This document shows, in pieces, positions 12,004 through 24,394 of a stretch of 64,000 bases of DNA. Numbering within the stretch: position 1 is the first letter of the stretch; each line of letters starts with the position of its first letter. This DNA comes from Octopus sinensis (taxonomy: Eukaryota), in NCBI RefSeq assembly GCF_006345805.1, contig NW_021833243.1, positions 15,449 through 79,448 on the forward strand. Reading direction: 5' to 3'. Both the position numbers and the translations under genes were made by a program. The notes beneath the pieces were generated by a model, which worked only from the letters and a program-made list of their open reading frames with translations, did no database searches and was not told the DNA's origin.

Positions 12004-12568
12004 ATCTATCTATCTATCTATCTGTCTGTCTGTCTGTCTGTATGTATGTATGTATGTCTGTCTGTCTGCAAAATGCACGAATATATACGTATATACGCAT
12101 ATGCGTATATCTGCATGCAGACACCAAATATTTGTATGCATAAATATGGAAAGTGTTGTACACCTGCTGCTAGCCTTTACACGAAAACTAAGCAAGTGAA
12201 CAGTTAGTGTTGTACACAGAAATATAACGCAATCAACTCATCTCAGATGCTGTTTAGCCCGACGGGGATTTATGCTAAGAGGTGCGAGATTTAACGGGCT
12301 TTAAACTTCATCATTCACCTAAAGCAATTTATTATTTTGTGGTGACCAGAAATTCACACCTTCGTTGTTTTTCTTGCAGAGAAATAGAAAAACAAACATC
12401 TCTTTGGGGAACGGGGGAAATCTTGAATGCTCCATTAGCTTCTACACAAAGATAACAACACTGGAATGGCATCAGCTTGAATGAATTCTATATTGCAAAA
12501 ATATGAGCCCAGACACACGCACATATACAAAGATATATTCGTGTGTGTGTGTGTGTGTGTGTGTGTAA

Positions 12569-12602
<34 letters not shown>

Positions 12603-12861
12603 GTATATATATATCTATGTATAAATATATATATATATATATATAAGTATTTAAGTAGACAAATGAATTATCTTATTACGGATAATTCGAAAGATAACCG
12701 ATACCTGGGTAGCAAACTCACAACAGAAAAAGCACGGTTGAAGTTACGACCATAGGGCATAAAATCCGTGCCTTAGTGCGGAAATTTGAAGTTTAATTTA
12801 ATATATTAAGTATAGGAAAGAATGGAGCTGAACGAAGATTTAACAAAGTTCCTTTATTTTA

Positions 12862-12945
12862 TTTTCGACATATGTTTCGAAGTCTGCAAAATCCCTAATT
12901 CCGAATGAATAAGGAGTCCATTATGCAGCTTTCTCTTCAGGAAAA
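12862..12945 (-). ncRNA. Type I hammerhead ribozyme, long stem II
   Basis: Minus strand TTTTC-CTGAAGAG...CTT-CGAAAC-atat-GTC-GAAAA. Confidence 0.82.
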
Positions 12946-13349
12946 AACAGGAACTTAATTCTCCAACAAAATGCACAACAAGTTTTTCGATGACTGCTCA
13001 CTAGGAACCCATAGAGATTGGTTCAGATGCCTTCACTGGAAAAAGCATACCTTTTTCTCATACCAATGAAGTCTAATATAGATAATCCCTGGACTTCCTA
13101 TTAAATTAATTTGTGATATCTCATCCCTTTAGTTTATAAGACTTTCTCATAATTGCTAAGAACTACTACCAATTCCAGCAGTAACCTTCTCTCTTGTCAT
13201 TATTATTGTGGTTCTTTCTACCCTCTCCCTCAACCAATCTGGCGTCACCCCCTATAAATAGACACTATTTATCATTATCTCTATGGGTTCCCAGTGAGCA
13301 GTCATCGAAAAACTTGTTGTGCATTTTGTTGGAGAATTAAGTTCCTGGT

Positions 13350-13433
13350 TTTTCCTGAAGAGAAAGCTGCATAATGGACTCCTTATTCATTCGGAATTAG
13401 GGATTTTGCAGACTTCGAAACATATGTCGAAAA
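13350..13433 (+). ncRNA. Type I hammerhead ribozyme, long stem II
   Basis: TTTTC (13350-54), CTGAAGAG (13355-62), about 53-nt stem II, CGAAAC (13416-21), atat, GTC (13426-28), GAAAA. Stem I 5 bp; palindromic stem III ACATATGT. Confidence 0.85.
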
Positions 13434-13563
13434 TAAAATAAAGGAACTTTGTTAAATCTTCGTTCAGCTCCATTCTTTCCTATACTTAATATATTAAACA
13501 TATATATATATATATATATGAATAAATAAATGGAGTTTAACGCAGGTGTAATCAAATATTTTT

Positions 13564-13649
13564 ACTTTCGACACATGTTTCGAAAATTCCACTGATACTA
13601 TTCAAAAGAATAAATGGTATAAACAAAGCAATCTTCTCCTCAGGAAAGT
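13564..13649 (-). ncRNA. Type I hammerhead ribozyme
   Basis: Minus strand ACTTTC-CTGAGGAG...CGAAAC-atgt-GTC-GAAAGT. Confidence 0.8.
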
Positions 13650-13813
13650 GAAAAAACGAAACTCGTCAATAATATCCCTACTCTTTCTGTTAGCTACTTA
13701 TGACGTTATATCATATAACGTTTTTTTAAACAATATTAATAGCGTTCTGTCAATCGCTATACAAATCCATCATTTTTTGCTAAAATGTCTTATTGACGAG
13801 TTTCGTTTTTTTC

Positions 13814-13899
13814 ACTTTCCTGAGGAGAAGATTGCTTTGTTTATACCATTTATTCTTTTGAATAGTATCAGTGGAATTGTCGAAACATGTGTCGAAAGT
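13814..13899 (+). ncRNA. Type I hammerhead ribozyme
   Basis: ACTTTC-CTGAGGAG (13820-27)...CGAAAC (13881-86)-atgt-GTC (13891-93)-GAAAGT; 6-bp stem I. Confidence 0.8.
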
Positions 13900-14189
13900 A
13901 AAAATATTTGATTACACCTGCGTTAAACTCCATTTATTTATTCATATATTATTCAAAATATTCAACGTAAACACGAAGTTTCTACCTTTATAAACAAGGA
14001 GTTACAACACCTTTACTTGTGAGATTTTTGCTGCCCTGGTAACTATTTTTTTTTTTTTCCGTGTTAATTGTTAACAAGGTAAAAATGTATTCATCTATTT
14101 ATAAATATATATATATATATATATGTAAATATATTCCGCACGTGGTGAACTTTGTACTCTTTCACCACAACTCTGTCTCACACTTTCTT

Positions 14190-14700
14190 CTGTTGTACCT
14201 GTATTCCAAAGGGCTAGCCTTGTCACACTCTGTGTCACACTGAATCTCCCCGAGAACTACGTTACGGGTACGCGTGTCTGTGGAGTGCTCAACCACTTGC
14301 GCGTTAATTCCACGAGTAGGCTGTTTCGTTGATCGGATCAACTGGAACCCTCGTCGTCGTAACCGACGGAGTGCCATGAATATATTTTATTTATCTATTT
14401 ATGCGCCCTTTTCAAGCCTAGCCGGGCTCATGGGCTCGGTTTTCCGGTTTCTGTGGCGTATGTGTTCCCACCAGCTGGACGGCACGCCAGTCCATCGCAT
14501 CATTACTCAAGAAACAGGAAGAAAGAGTGAGAGAAAATTGGGGCCAAAGAGTACAACAGAGGTCGTCACCACCCCCAGCTGGAGCGACGTGGAGCTTAAG
14601 GTGTTTTCACTCAATAAACACTCACAACGTCCTCTCTGGGAATTGAAACCGCGATCCTCCGACCGCAAGTCCGCTGCTCTAACCATTGCGCCTCCTCCAT
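14190..14700. mobile_element. SINE family B fragments: 3' half on + (14190-14375) and a variant copy on - (14400-14700)
   Basis: Tail CCCTCGTCGTCGTAACCGACGGAGTGCC is shared with 53560-53880. The minus copy shares its tail with 11645-11890. Confidence 0.7.
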
Positions 14701-14757
14701 GTATATATATTATATATAGATATATAATATATATATATTATATATATATAATATATA

Positions 14758-14832
<75 letters not shown>

Positions 14833-15046
14833 ATGTGAAATAGAAAGATGAATAATCTTGTTGTAGATTAATCAAAAGTTAACCGATACCTTAGTAGCAA
14901 AAATCACAGCAGTAAACAGCACGGTTGGAGGTACAACCATCTGGCGTTGCAACCGTGCGTTGGTGCGGATAATTGAAATTAAAACATTATTGGTGAATTG
15001 AGGAAATGGAGCTGAACGCAGATTGAACAGAAATCGTTTTATTTCA

Positions 15047-15124
15047 TTCTACACGTGTTCGAAAGGCACAAATTACCAAAATCCGATTGAATAATGGGAC
15101 CAATTGTGTCTTTCTCTTCAGGAA
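15047..15124 (-). ncRNA. Hammerhead ribozyme, long stem II, one A missing from GAAA (probably inactive or a sequencing indel)
   Basis: Minus strand TTC-CTGAAGAG-AAAGACAC...GTGCCTTT-CGAAC-acgt-GTA-GAA. Confidence 0.6.
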
Positions 15125-17136
15125 GAAAAAAGGAAATCCGGAGAAACAAAAACAGAACAGAGGCGGAGCAAAAACCAAATCGAACTATGCTCCTAAGAGC
15201 CCATGGCGAAACTGTTTATCAGTGTATGCTGAGAACCGGTGGCTGAAGAATTCTACAGGTCAGGCATCGGTCAATCATGTGGTGAGGGTGTATAGATGTT
15301 CTTAGTGACGAGAATAAAGTTCTGACTATTTAAGGAATATTGGATGTTTTATAAGGGGCGAGAAAAAATCTACTTAGAGACGTGGTGTGTGTATACTGTT
15401 CTATATATGTGTGTGTTGGCGTAGGGGTAGAAAACACTTTTTGTGTACGTGTGTGCGTTTGATCGTTCGGCTGTCAGTGGCTACTGCCGTGATAACCGTT
15501 GGGTGGCAGAAAGAAAAAAATATATATATATTATGTTTTATGTGTGTGTGTGTTCATCTGAGCCTGCCTTGTCAAGGAAACCCCCCGCTGTGAAAAAACC
15601 AAGCCCCGTTTGTCTTACAGGAGTAATTCCCCTTGCAGTGGATAATCGTAGATATCTAAAGGCTATTTCAGAATTTGTTACAAGGGCTATGGGTGCCGGT
15701 ATTATTTATAAACGCTATTTAAAAGCCAGATAAGTGTAACGCCGCCAATGGGGGCATCGAAAAGCCGACTGTAAGAGCCGTTTACCATCCGGCCTCTGGC
15801 AAACAAAATATGGAAGAGTTCGGAGACACAAAGGTTACACTGTCTTCTGCCCCTATCAAATGGGAGGGCCACCGACAAAATTGACCATTCCAGCCTGTAG
15901 CTAAGTTCGTATCCTTCAGTCGCCATATTAGCTTACTGAGTCCCGTGGTTTGGCGCTTGTTCACGTCCCGAAAAGTTGCGTAATGATTGGAGACACGCAA
16001 AGACAATCTTGAGGATGATGCCCCTACATAAGTGAAGACATCTGAGTCCGTGTAAACCTTGCATTGGTAGACGGCGTTTTTGATCTTGGAGTTCGCCGAC
16101 GTAAATCTTAATCTGCTAGGATTAGTTTCTGAAATTAGAACTGCGTTCCTGTCACTATATTAGTTCCGAGACCTGCAGCCGCTTACTACTCTATTTTCCA
16201 CTACGTCACTATTAACTATAGGAATAACCCCTGATTCTCCACTATCTATCAGAGTACTGTCATTGCTAGTGCCCGTGGTGCTGCTATTGCGGGAAATGAT
16301 GCTGGGGTTGCTATTGGGGCTCTCTACCCTACTCCCATTGTTACCGTCAACCACAACACCCCTATTTATAACTATACCCCGGTGGCCCTCCCATTTGATA
16401 GGGGCAGAAGACAGTGTAACCTTTGTGTCTCCGAACTCTTCCATATTTTGTTTGCCAGAGGCCGGATGGTAAACGGGCTCTTACAGTCGGCTTTTCGATG
16501 CCCCCATTGGCGGCGTTACACTTATCTGGCTTTTAAATAGCGTTTATAAATAATACCGGCACCCATAGCCCTTGGTAACAAATTCTGAAATAGCCTTTAG
16601 ATATCTACGATTATCCACTGCAAGGGGAATTACTCCGTAAGACAAACGGGGCTTGGTTTTTCACAGCGGGGGGTTTCCTTGACAAGGCAGGCTCAGATGA
16701 ACACACACACACATAAAACATAATATATATATATATTTTTTTCTTTCTGCCACCCAACGGTTATCACGGCAGTAGCCACTGACAGCCGAACGATCAAACG
16801 CACACACGTACACAAAAAGTGTTTTCTACCCCTACGCCAACACACACATATATAACAGTATACACACACACACGTCTCTAAGTAGATTTTTTCTCGCCCC
16901 TTATAAAACATCCAATATTCCTTAAATAGTCAGAACTTTATTCTCGGTCACTAAGAACATCTATACACCCTCACCCACATGATTGACCGATGCCTGATCT
17001 GTAGAATTCTTCAGCCACCGGTTCTCAGCATACACTGATAAACAGTTTCGCGCATGGGCTCTTAGGAGCATAGTTCGATTTGGTTTTTGCTCCGCCTCTG
17101 TTCTGTTTTTGTTTCTCTAACGGATTTCCTTTTTTC

Positions 17137-17216
17137 TTCCTGAAGAGAAAGACACAATATGGTCCCATTATTCAATCGGATTTTGGTAATTTGTGCCTTT
17201 CGAAACACGTGTAGAA
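17137..17216 (+). ncRNA. Type I hammerhead ribozyme, long stem II
   Basis: TTC-CTGAAGAG (17140-47)-AAAGACAC...GTGCCTTT-CGAAAC (17201-06)-acgt-GTA-GAA. Confidence 0.8.
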
Positions 17217-17395
17217 TGAAATAAAACGATTTCTGTTCAATCTGCGTTCAGCTCCATTTCCTCAATTCACCAATAATGTTTTATATATATATATAATATA
17301 TTATATATATACATATTATATATATATACATATATATATTATATAATATATATACATAAATATATAATAATATATATATATATATATAATATACA

Positions 17396-17429
<34 letters not shown>

Positions 17430-17435
17430 CATATA

Positions 17436-17466
<31 letters not shown>

Positions 17467-17502
17467 ATATATATACATATATAATATATATATATATAAT
17501 TA

Positions 17503-17548
<46 letters not shown>

Positions 17549-17571
17549 TATATATTATATATATATATATA

Positions 17572-17800
17572 TGAGTACAGGACACCACAAATAAACGTAG
17601 AACACAACGAGAAACGAAAACATAAAAACAAACAAGAAAACGGACTTTTTTTAACAACGAAAAAACAGAGTACAAGACAAACAACACAAGGAATATTACC
17701 CTTCATCAGCTGCCCCTGGTTCGACTCAATGCGTGTTTCGAAGGTAAAGGCAGAACACGATCCGACCGAAGCGTTCCTTCCTGGAAAATGAATTAAATAA
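17572..17800 (-). mobile_element. Repeat terminus (probable PLE pLTR family), homologous to 39420-39607
   Basis: Both copies share CAGGAAGG...CCTTCGAAACACGC...CAGCTGATGA and end in GTGGTGTCCTGTACTCA. Confidence 0.6.
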
Positions 17801-18102
17801 AATTATTTTGCAGAGGGGTAAAAAAAGGAAAGAAAAAAAGTGACAAGAACAGGACGTAAAAGCAATACAAATTAAAATACAGTACACATAAAGAATAAAA
17901 ACAGGACAAGGAAACCAACATTGAGGGCTTTTTTTAAGCCTAGACGGTGGAACTGCTCGCTGCTTTCAACAAGTCAACATCGACTTTCTTCTTGTCTCTA
18001 GCAAGTCGATCTTCTGAATTGCGTTCCAACGAATTTTTCCACCGTCTAGGCTTAAAAAAGTCCTTATTGTTGGTTTCCTTGTCCTGTTTTTATTCTTTAC
18101 GT

Positions 18103-18780
18103 GAGATCTGTTGGTAGAACTCGCCCGCGAACGAGAAGCAATTAAGAGAAAGGACAAGTTCGGTCAGACGAATGAGTGTGGATGTGTCGGGTTCGGGATT
18201 GGGGCGGAGGTCGAGAAAGTGTTGAAGTGCACGCAGTCCTTCGTGGTGAGGGATGACGGTATAGAGGCTCTGGATGTCCATTGTAAAGAGGAGTTCGGAG
18301 GAGCAAGGAGGAAAAGAGAAAGAGTTGAAAAGCCGCAGAGCATGGTTGGTGTCGTGGATGTGAGAGGGAAGAGACGCCACTAGGGGGGCAAGGACACGGT
18401 CGAGGTATTTTGAGATAAGCTCGTTGGGACAGTTACAGGCGGAGACGATGGGGCGGCCAGGGTTGTTGGGTTTGTGGATTCTGGGGAGGAAGTAAATGGT
18501 GGGTGTGCGTGGGGTTCGGACAATGAGGTTGGATGCGGTGTGGGGGAGACGGGAGGACGAGATGAGGTCGTGGACAGTAGAGGAGACCGTCTGTTAGTAG
18601 CTAAGCGTGGGGAGAGGACAGAGGGGAGTAGAAGGACGTGTCATTGAGTTGGCGGAGCGCCTCGGCCCTGTAGAGGTCCGCGCGCCATACCACCACGACA
18701 TTAAACCTTGTCGGCCGGTTTAATGACAATGTCAGCGCGCCGTCGAAGGGAACGAAGAGCCGAGAGCTCGGCCGGGGAGA
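18103..18780 (-). mobile_element. Poseidon-like PLE RT fragment
   Basis: LPSHIHDTNHALRLFNSFSF..LFTMDIQSLYTVIPH..ELVLSLNCFSFAGEFYQQ and RRADIVIKPADK, homologous to 9930-10650. Confidence 0.88.
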
Positions 18781-18856
18781 TGTTGAGGCAGTGGTGGCGC
18801 CTAGAGAAGTTGAACCGCTCCAACGCACGCTGACAGGCACCCGCGAAAAGAATGTA

Positions 18857-18892
<36 letters not shown>

Positions 18893-19294
18893 TGTGTATG
18901 CATTCAACAATACATATGTGTGGCTATTCTCAGGCGAAGCCAGATTTATTCTCTTCTTCAATAGTTTAATTTAGTCTAACATATCCACCTCAGTGCTTAA
19001 TTTTCTTTTAAAATTCCGGTTCATAATTTGTCGTTCTTTATTTGTCAAACTACTAGGACCGACAGATACTCACATACACGCTTTCGCTCTTTCTCATATG
19101 CATATAACACGCGAAGAAGAACAGAAACATACTGAAACACACACTTATATGCATATAGATGTTCATGTATATTTTTGTGTACACACACACTCACACAATT
19201 TTTGTATCTTCCGTCTCTCATTAACCATATACATATATATATATATATATACATGTGCATGTGTGTGAATACATACATATACATACATACATAG

Positions 19295-19382
<88 letters not shown>

Positions 19383-19575
19383 GAAGTAAATATATGGCAC
19401 AACGAAGTACCGATATTTACTGGAAATAGCGAACGTAATAATACGAGGCTAATGTATAGCTTCACCGCGTATGTACTAGCAAAAATGCGTGAGTGCAACA
19501 AACTTGAAAAAATTGTCTCACCTCCAGGGAGAACATCTGAAAGATGAAATACCTAGAAAAGGATAATGTGGGACC

Positions 19576-19639
19576 GGGACCGGTTTCAGATTTTTCAAGA
19601 TATGTCTGCACACATATACTTGATCTATCTTCATCAGCC
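19576..19639 (-). ncRNA. Isolated type I hammerhead ribozyme motif
   Basis: Minus strand GG-CTGATGA-AGAT...ATCT-GAAAC-cg-GTC-CC, with palindromic stem III ACCGGT. Confidence 0.65.
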
Positions 19640-19899
19640 AAACATATACCACGACAACATTCCAGATGTTACCACATTAATGCCAATACACTCGACTGAA
19701 ACGCTAAACGCTGACAGAACGAGAACAATGAAGAAGTTTCAATAAAATAGTAATGCAATACGAGAGTGTGAAGTGACAGGTTCACCACTGTCTGTTTTTG
19801 GCATCTAACCAACCACATACACAATCACGCACACACATACACACACATAGACATTAATGCAGTTATATACATACACACACATAGGCACTCATTCACAAA

Positions 19900-20262
19900 A
19901 GAAAACAACAAGATCACCATTCATATGACCTGCACCTTATCACCTTCCTATTCTTAGGCCTCTCTCCTCCAACCCTTGAACCTTCTAGAATCTTCTACAT
20001 TCAACCATTTTTGACGTCACTGCTTATAACGGAATATTTTAAAGAAATACTCATTATCGCTATGGGCTCCGTGTGGGCAGTCATCTAAAAGTTTTTGTGC
20101 ATTTTGATTCTGACATAAGTTCCTTGTTTTTCCTGATGAGAAGGCGGCATAATGCACCCCTTATTCCTTCGAAATTAGGATTATGCAGCCTTCGAAACAT
20201 ATGTCGAAAATAAAGAAATTTTGTTAATTCGTCGTTCAACTCCATTCTTTCATTTATATATA
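19900..20262 (+). mobile_element. Solo PLE pLTR homologous to 13190-13498, with canonical HHR at 20127-20210
   Basis: TTTTC-CTGATGAG (20133-40)-AAGGC.GCAT...ATGC.GCCTT-CGAAAC-atat-GTC-GAAAA. Confidence 0.85.
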
Positions 20263-20274
20263 TACATACACAAA

Positions 20275-20570
20275 GGAAGGCGCATGGCTCAGTGGTTAGA
20301 GCGCCTAGCTTACAATCGTGAGGTTGTGAGTTCGATCCCGGCCCGGGCTGCATGTTGTGTTCTTCAGCAAGACTTTATTTCACGTTGCTCCAGTTCCTTA
20401 GCTGTAGAAATGAGTTGCGACATAACTCTATCGGCCTTTGCCTTACCCTCGGATAACATCGGTGGTATGGAGAGGGGAGGCTGGTATGCATGGGCGACTG
20501 CGCGGACTTGTACCTGGGAGGGTAACTTTCTAGGTGCAATCTCATGGTCAGTCATGACCGAAAAGGGTCT
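20275..20570 (+). mobile_element. tRNA-derived SINE (family B-like head, different tail)
   Basis: GGCTCAGTGGTTAGAGCG A box, GAGTTCGATCCC B box and central CAAGACTTTATTTCACGTTGCTCCAG. Confidence 0.75.
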
Positions 20571-20622
20571 CAACATATATACACATGGAGATACATATAA
20601 AAAGGCATATATACATATACAC

Positions 20623-20835
20623 AGGCATTATCTAACAAACTTTGGGAGTTAAAAGAAATGGGACATAGTAAGAAAGGCACAGCCTTATAAAAATAGTAGG
20701 GATGGATGTGAGCTTTACTCTATGGAGATATATGAAATTTTGAAACATAGGGATAATACAAACTTATTAAATAACCGTTTTGAACTAGGAGTATCGTGTT
20801 TGCATTGTACTACCCATACCTTTAGATATTTTTAA
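20623..20835 (+). pseudogene. PLE GIY-YIG C-terminal remnant
   Basis: ALSNKLWELKE, then in a shifted frame KAQPYKNSRDGCELYSMEIYEILKHRDNTNLLNNRFELGVSCLHC. This matches the PLE pattern LSK.IW.LK..PY...C.LC..E...IL...LLN.R.EL...C.H. A degenerate HHR (CTAATAAAGGC.CCGAAACATATGTA) lies near 21589-21605. Confidence 0.7.
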
Positions 20836-21829
20836 AAAATAGCATTCTGTTATTCCTAAATTTTAGATCTTAATGTATTTTTAAAATTCAATAATGAAAT
20901 AGCATACCCTGCTAGTTTTTATTATTTAATCAGCAATATTTATTAAGAAATTTAATAACATAAGCAAATTGAATAAAGTTGAATAAAATTTTTTAAATTT
21001 CTATAATTATTACATAAATTCTATATATCTAATGAAGTTATTAAGTTGTATACCTAATCCACGATAAGTTTTAAAGATTTGGTAATTTTCATATCTATTT
21101 CTGCTAGAATTCTACTCCACCTAATCCTTTTCGATATTATAAATATTACCTCTAATAAACCTAAATTATTATACCCCATATAACTACACTTCACTCTTAA
21201 TACAAAATATCAGATTTCCATATAAATTACATATTTCTATTTTCGCTCTTTTTTAAAATTTATATTTTGGTTACCTCCCTTCCATTGTATTTTAAAGATT
21301 TTGGTATGTGAGTCAATTAATGTCTTATTTACTGAGAATCTCCTCATAAAAAGATTTTCTAAATCTCCTTAATTAATATTCAAAACCTGATAAAAAATAG
21401 ATAATATCTAAGTTACTTGGTTTCTATTTCTCTAAAACAACTCTACCCTCATGATCTTTGTATGTATTAGAAAGCTTTATAAATAGATTATAAATAAATA
21501 AATAAGATTTTATAAGTGCCAATAAATAATTATAAATAAGAAGGCCATAGACACACATTAAGCATTGTTATAAATCCGTCTAATAAAGGCCCGAAACATA
21601 TGTACCGCTGAATCCTTGGCATCATGTTTTTATTTTGATTAATATATATATATATGTATATATACATGCATACACCTACATGTACACGAATATTTTTGTA
21701 CAGTTTCCGGTTGCCAGATTTTCTTCACAAATCATTGGTAGACATCTAAGGCTGGGACATGTAGAGGCTTCCATATATTTCGGACAGAATAAAAGTTTTA
21801 TTTTGAAACACAACAACTAAGTCACGTCG

Positions 21830-22406
21830 TAAGGCGGCGAGTGGCACGCCGGGCAAAATTCTTATCAGTATTTCGTCCGTCTTTACTTCCCAGGTTCAAA
21901 CACCGTCGAGGTCGAATTTTGTCTTTCATCGTCTAGCGCTGAGATCGATGAAAGCGACTTAGACTCTCATCCGAAATTGCTGGCGTTGTGCCAAAATTTG
22001 AAACCATTAATAGTATCTTCCTGCTGTGTGGCGACCAGCATGCCAAAGAATAAGACCCAACGTTTCCTCAGTGTATCGTAAAAGGCTACTAAACGAGCTC
22101 GAGGTAGGATTAACACCCCAGCATCATAAAACCCTCACTAACCACAACTATCCAAACACACCAATGGGTTGGTGGGGTGTTGCTTGAGTGGTGCAGAGGT
22201 ATCATCCGCCAGAAGGAAGGAATCCACCATTTGTCAATAATGGATGCAGTAACTAGCTGTTACAGCGCATCTCCTCATACTACAATTACTACTTCCCTAC
22301 TACTACAACTACTACTATTACTACTACTACTACTACTACTACTACCCCCACTACCCCCACTAATACAACTACTACTACTACCCCCACTACTACCACCACC
22401 ACCACC

Positions 22407-22450
<44 letters not shown>

Positions 22451-22860
22451 GACTACTGCTGCTGCTGCTGCTGCTGCTACTACTACTACTACTACTACTA
22501 GAAACTTCGTTCAAAATGCATACCGGCATCTCTTCGGTTGAAATCCTGATCAGTTCGTATATGCCTTCTATCCTTTCGGGATCGATAAAATAAATACCAG
22601 TTGACTGCTGGTGTCCACTGTTACTATACTATTAGTAACTTCGTTAAATTAGTGAACTGGGTTGCCAGAATTGGTAGTACGTCGGACAAAATGCTGGACG
22701 GCATTTCTTCCGGCTTACATTCTGAGTCTAAGTTCTTCCGAGGTCGACATTTCCTTTCATCGTTTCGTATTTGATAAAATAACTAACATTTACCCTATTC
22801 CAACCGTGCCCACCAAGCCCGAGCTTCAGTCCTTGTGGCTATACTAGAAAGAATTGTTAG
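21830..22860 (+). mobile_element. SINE family A copies (21830-22010, 22500-22640 degenerate, 22650-22860) around a compound (CTA/CCA/CTG)n array at 22300-22500
   Basis: Family A B-box and GAGGTCGA..TTTCATC..GATAAA motif; triplet array read directly. Confidence 0.7.
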
Positions 22861-22982
22861 TAACTTCGTTTTTCAAAGACAAAACTGTGATTATCTTCGG
22901 CAATGTTTATTTTACCACAGGAACTAATAAGAAGAAACCATAAATTGCAGAAACCACAAATCTACATTAGGGCGGTCGTGTG

Positions 22983-23024
<42 letters not shown>

Positions 23025-23201
23025 TAATATATATACAGATGAGTATATGTGTGTGTATGTATATATATATATATATTTATATATGTATATATGTATATAC
23101 ATATATATGTATATATATATGAATATATATACGTGTGTATATATATATATATATGTATATATATATGTATATATATGCGTATATGTATATATATATGTAT
23201 G

Positions 23202-23233
<32 letters not shown>

Positions 23234-23565
23234 AATCAAAGTAAGGGTGAAAAAATTGGATATTAATTTAATAACATTAATTTAACACCAGGTGGTTTAG
23301 CGCATAAAAACCTGAGATTCAGTAAATATTTATACACAAATATGAGAGAGAATCTACTATGTGGACGCTCTTTCGCTAAAAATAGATCCTCAATTTGTAT
23401 ATATATATATATTCATATATAAATATATATTATAGATGTATCTATCTCGCTACCTGTCTATGTATGTATGTAGTATGTATGTATGTATGTATGTATGTAT
23501 GTATGTATGTATGTATGTATCTATCTACATATATCTTTGTATTTACACACACACACACACACACA

Positions 23566-23609
<44 letters not shown>

Positions 23610-24394
23610 AATATTTGAGAAGCGGTGTATTTAGTACACTATACATTAAAGGTATGTGTGTGTATTTATGTGAATGTATATGCATATTCTCACACACACA
23701 CATACGTACACATAAGCAATACGCCCGTATAGGAACGGTACTAAGGCAAATATTGATTTTGGCAACCTGACAAAGAGCAGAGAAGCATTTCGGTGCAAGT
23801 CAAGTAGGCTGAGTTGAATGAATAGTAGGAAGGTGGCCGCACACTGGCCCACGGGTGTTTAGTCGAGCGACTGACATCTTATCTTTTCTGTCATCTTGAC
23901 TCGCCGACCGTAAGGAAAGGCAGGAAATAAATCATCAAAAACAAAGATATGAAAGACTGAATTCAGATACAAAAATACGAGTTCATTCCATGTACAGTTA
24001 CCGAAACACCAACACAACGTATATGCGATTAAGTTTGTAAACAGGCGTATTGATAGCCTAGCTGTCGAAGTAGGTTCAGTGTGTAAGCTATGCAAGGCTA
24101 AGTAATTGCCTGGGAGAAAGATGAAGGCGACTAGTGAATCGATAACCCGTCGGGTTTCCTTGAAGTCATTAATGAATGTCTTTTTATAATATAAAAGAAT
24201 GGTAACTAAATTCTCTCAGCAGACTGAAGTAAAAAGAAAAGTAACTGAATCCTGACTAAGGCTTTAAAAATAATTGGATGTAATTAGTTGACTAGTGAAC
24301 TGGGTCATTGTCACTGTTTACTGATATTCTTATTCTTGTAAACTGTTTACAAATTCAAAACAAAATGGTGTTGTACAGAAGTAAATAATCTTTT

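Larger units (their letters stand above)
12660..13498. mobile_element. Non-autonomous PLE derivative with 222-bp inverted arms (12797-13018 / 13277-13498), each carrying an HHR
   Basis: Arms are near-perfect reverse complements. 12660-12795 is homologous to the PLE tail at 14850-14985. Confidence 0.85.
13514..13949. mobile_element. Second non-autonomous PLE derivative with about 160-bp inverted arms (13514-13672 / 13790-13949), each carrying an HHR
   Basis: Arms are reverse complements flanked by (TA)n. The AT-rich spacer is about 117 bp. Confidence 0.85.
14830..17283. mobile_element. PLE with GIY-YIG 3' end, duplicated as about 900-bp inverted arms (14980-15874 / 16380-17283)
   Basis: Minus strand 16100 to 15730 encodes NAVYQCKV..TYVG..LSLRVSNHYATF..GLSKLIWRLK..LEWSIL..ALPFDRGRRQCNLCVSELFHILF..CPH. 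The C-terminal half recurs on + from 16380. Both arms end in an HHR. Confidence 0.9.

Noticed and set aside
20275-20350. tRNA-like sequence as a bona fide tRNA gene (also 31925, 53560)
   Set aside because: No complete cloverleaf or acceptor stem; continues into SINE body and tail.
23345-23392. HHR-like relic on minus (TTGAGGA..GAAAG..GTC)
   Set aside because: Uncompensated core changes and broken stems II and III.
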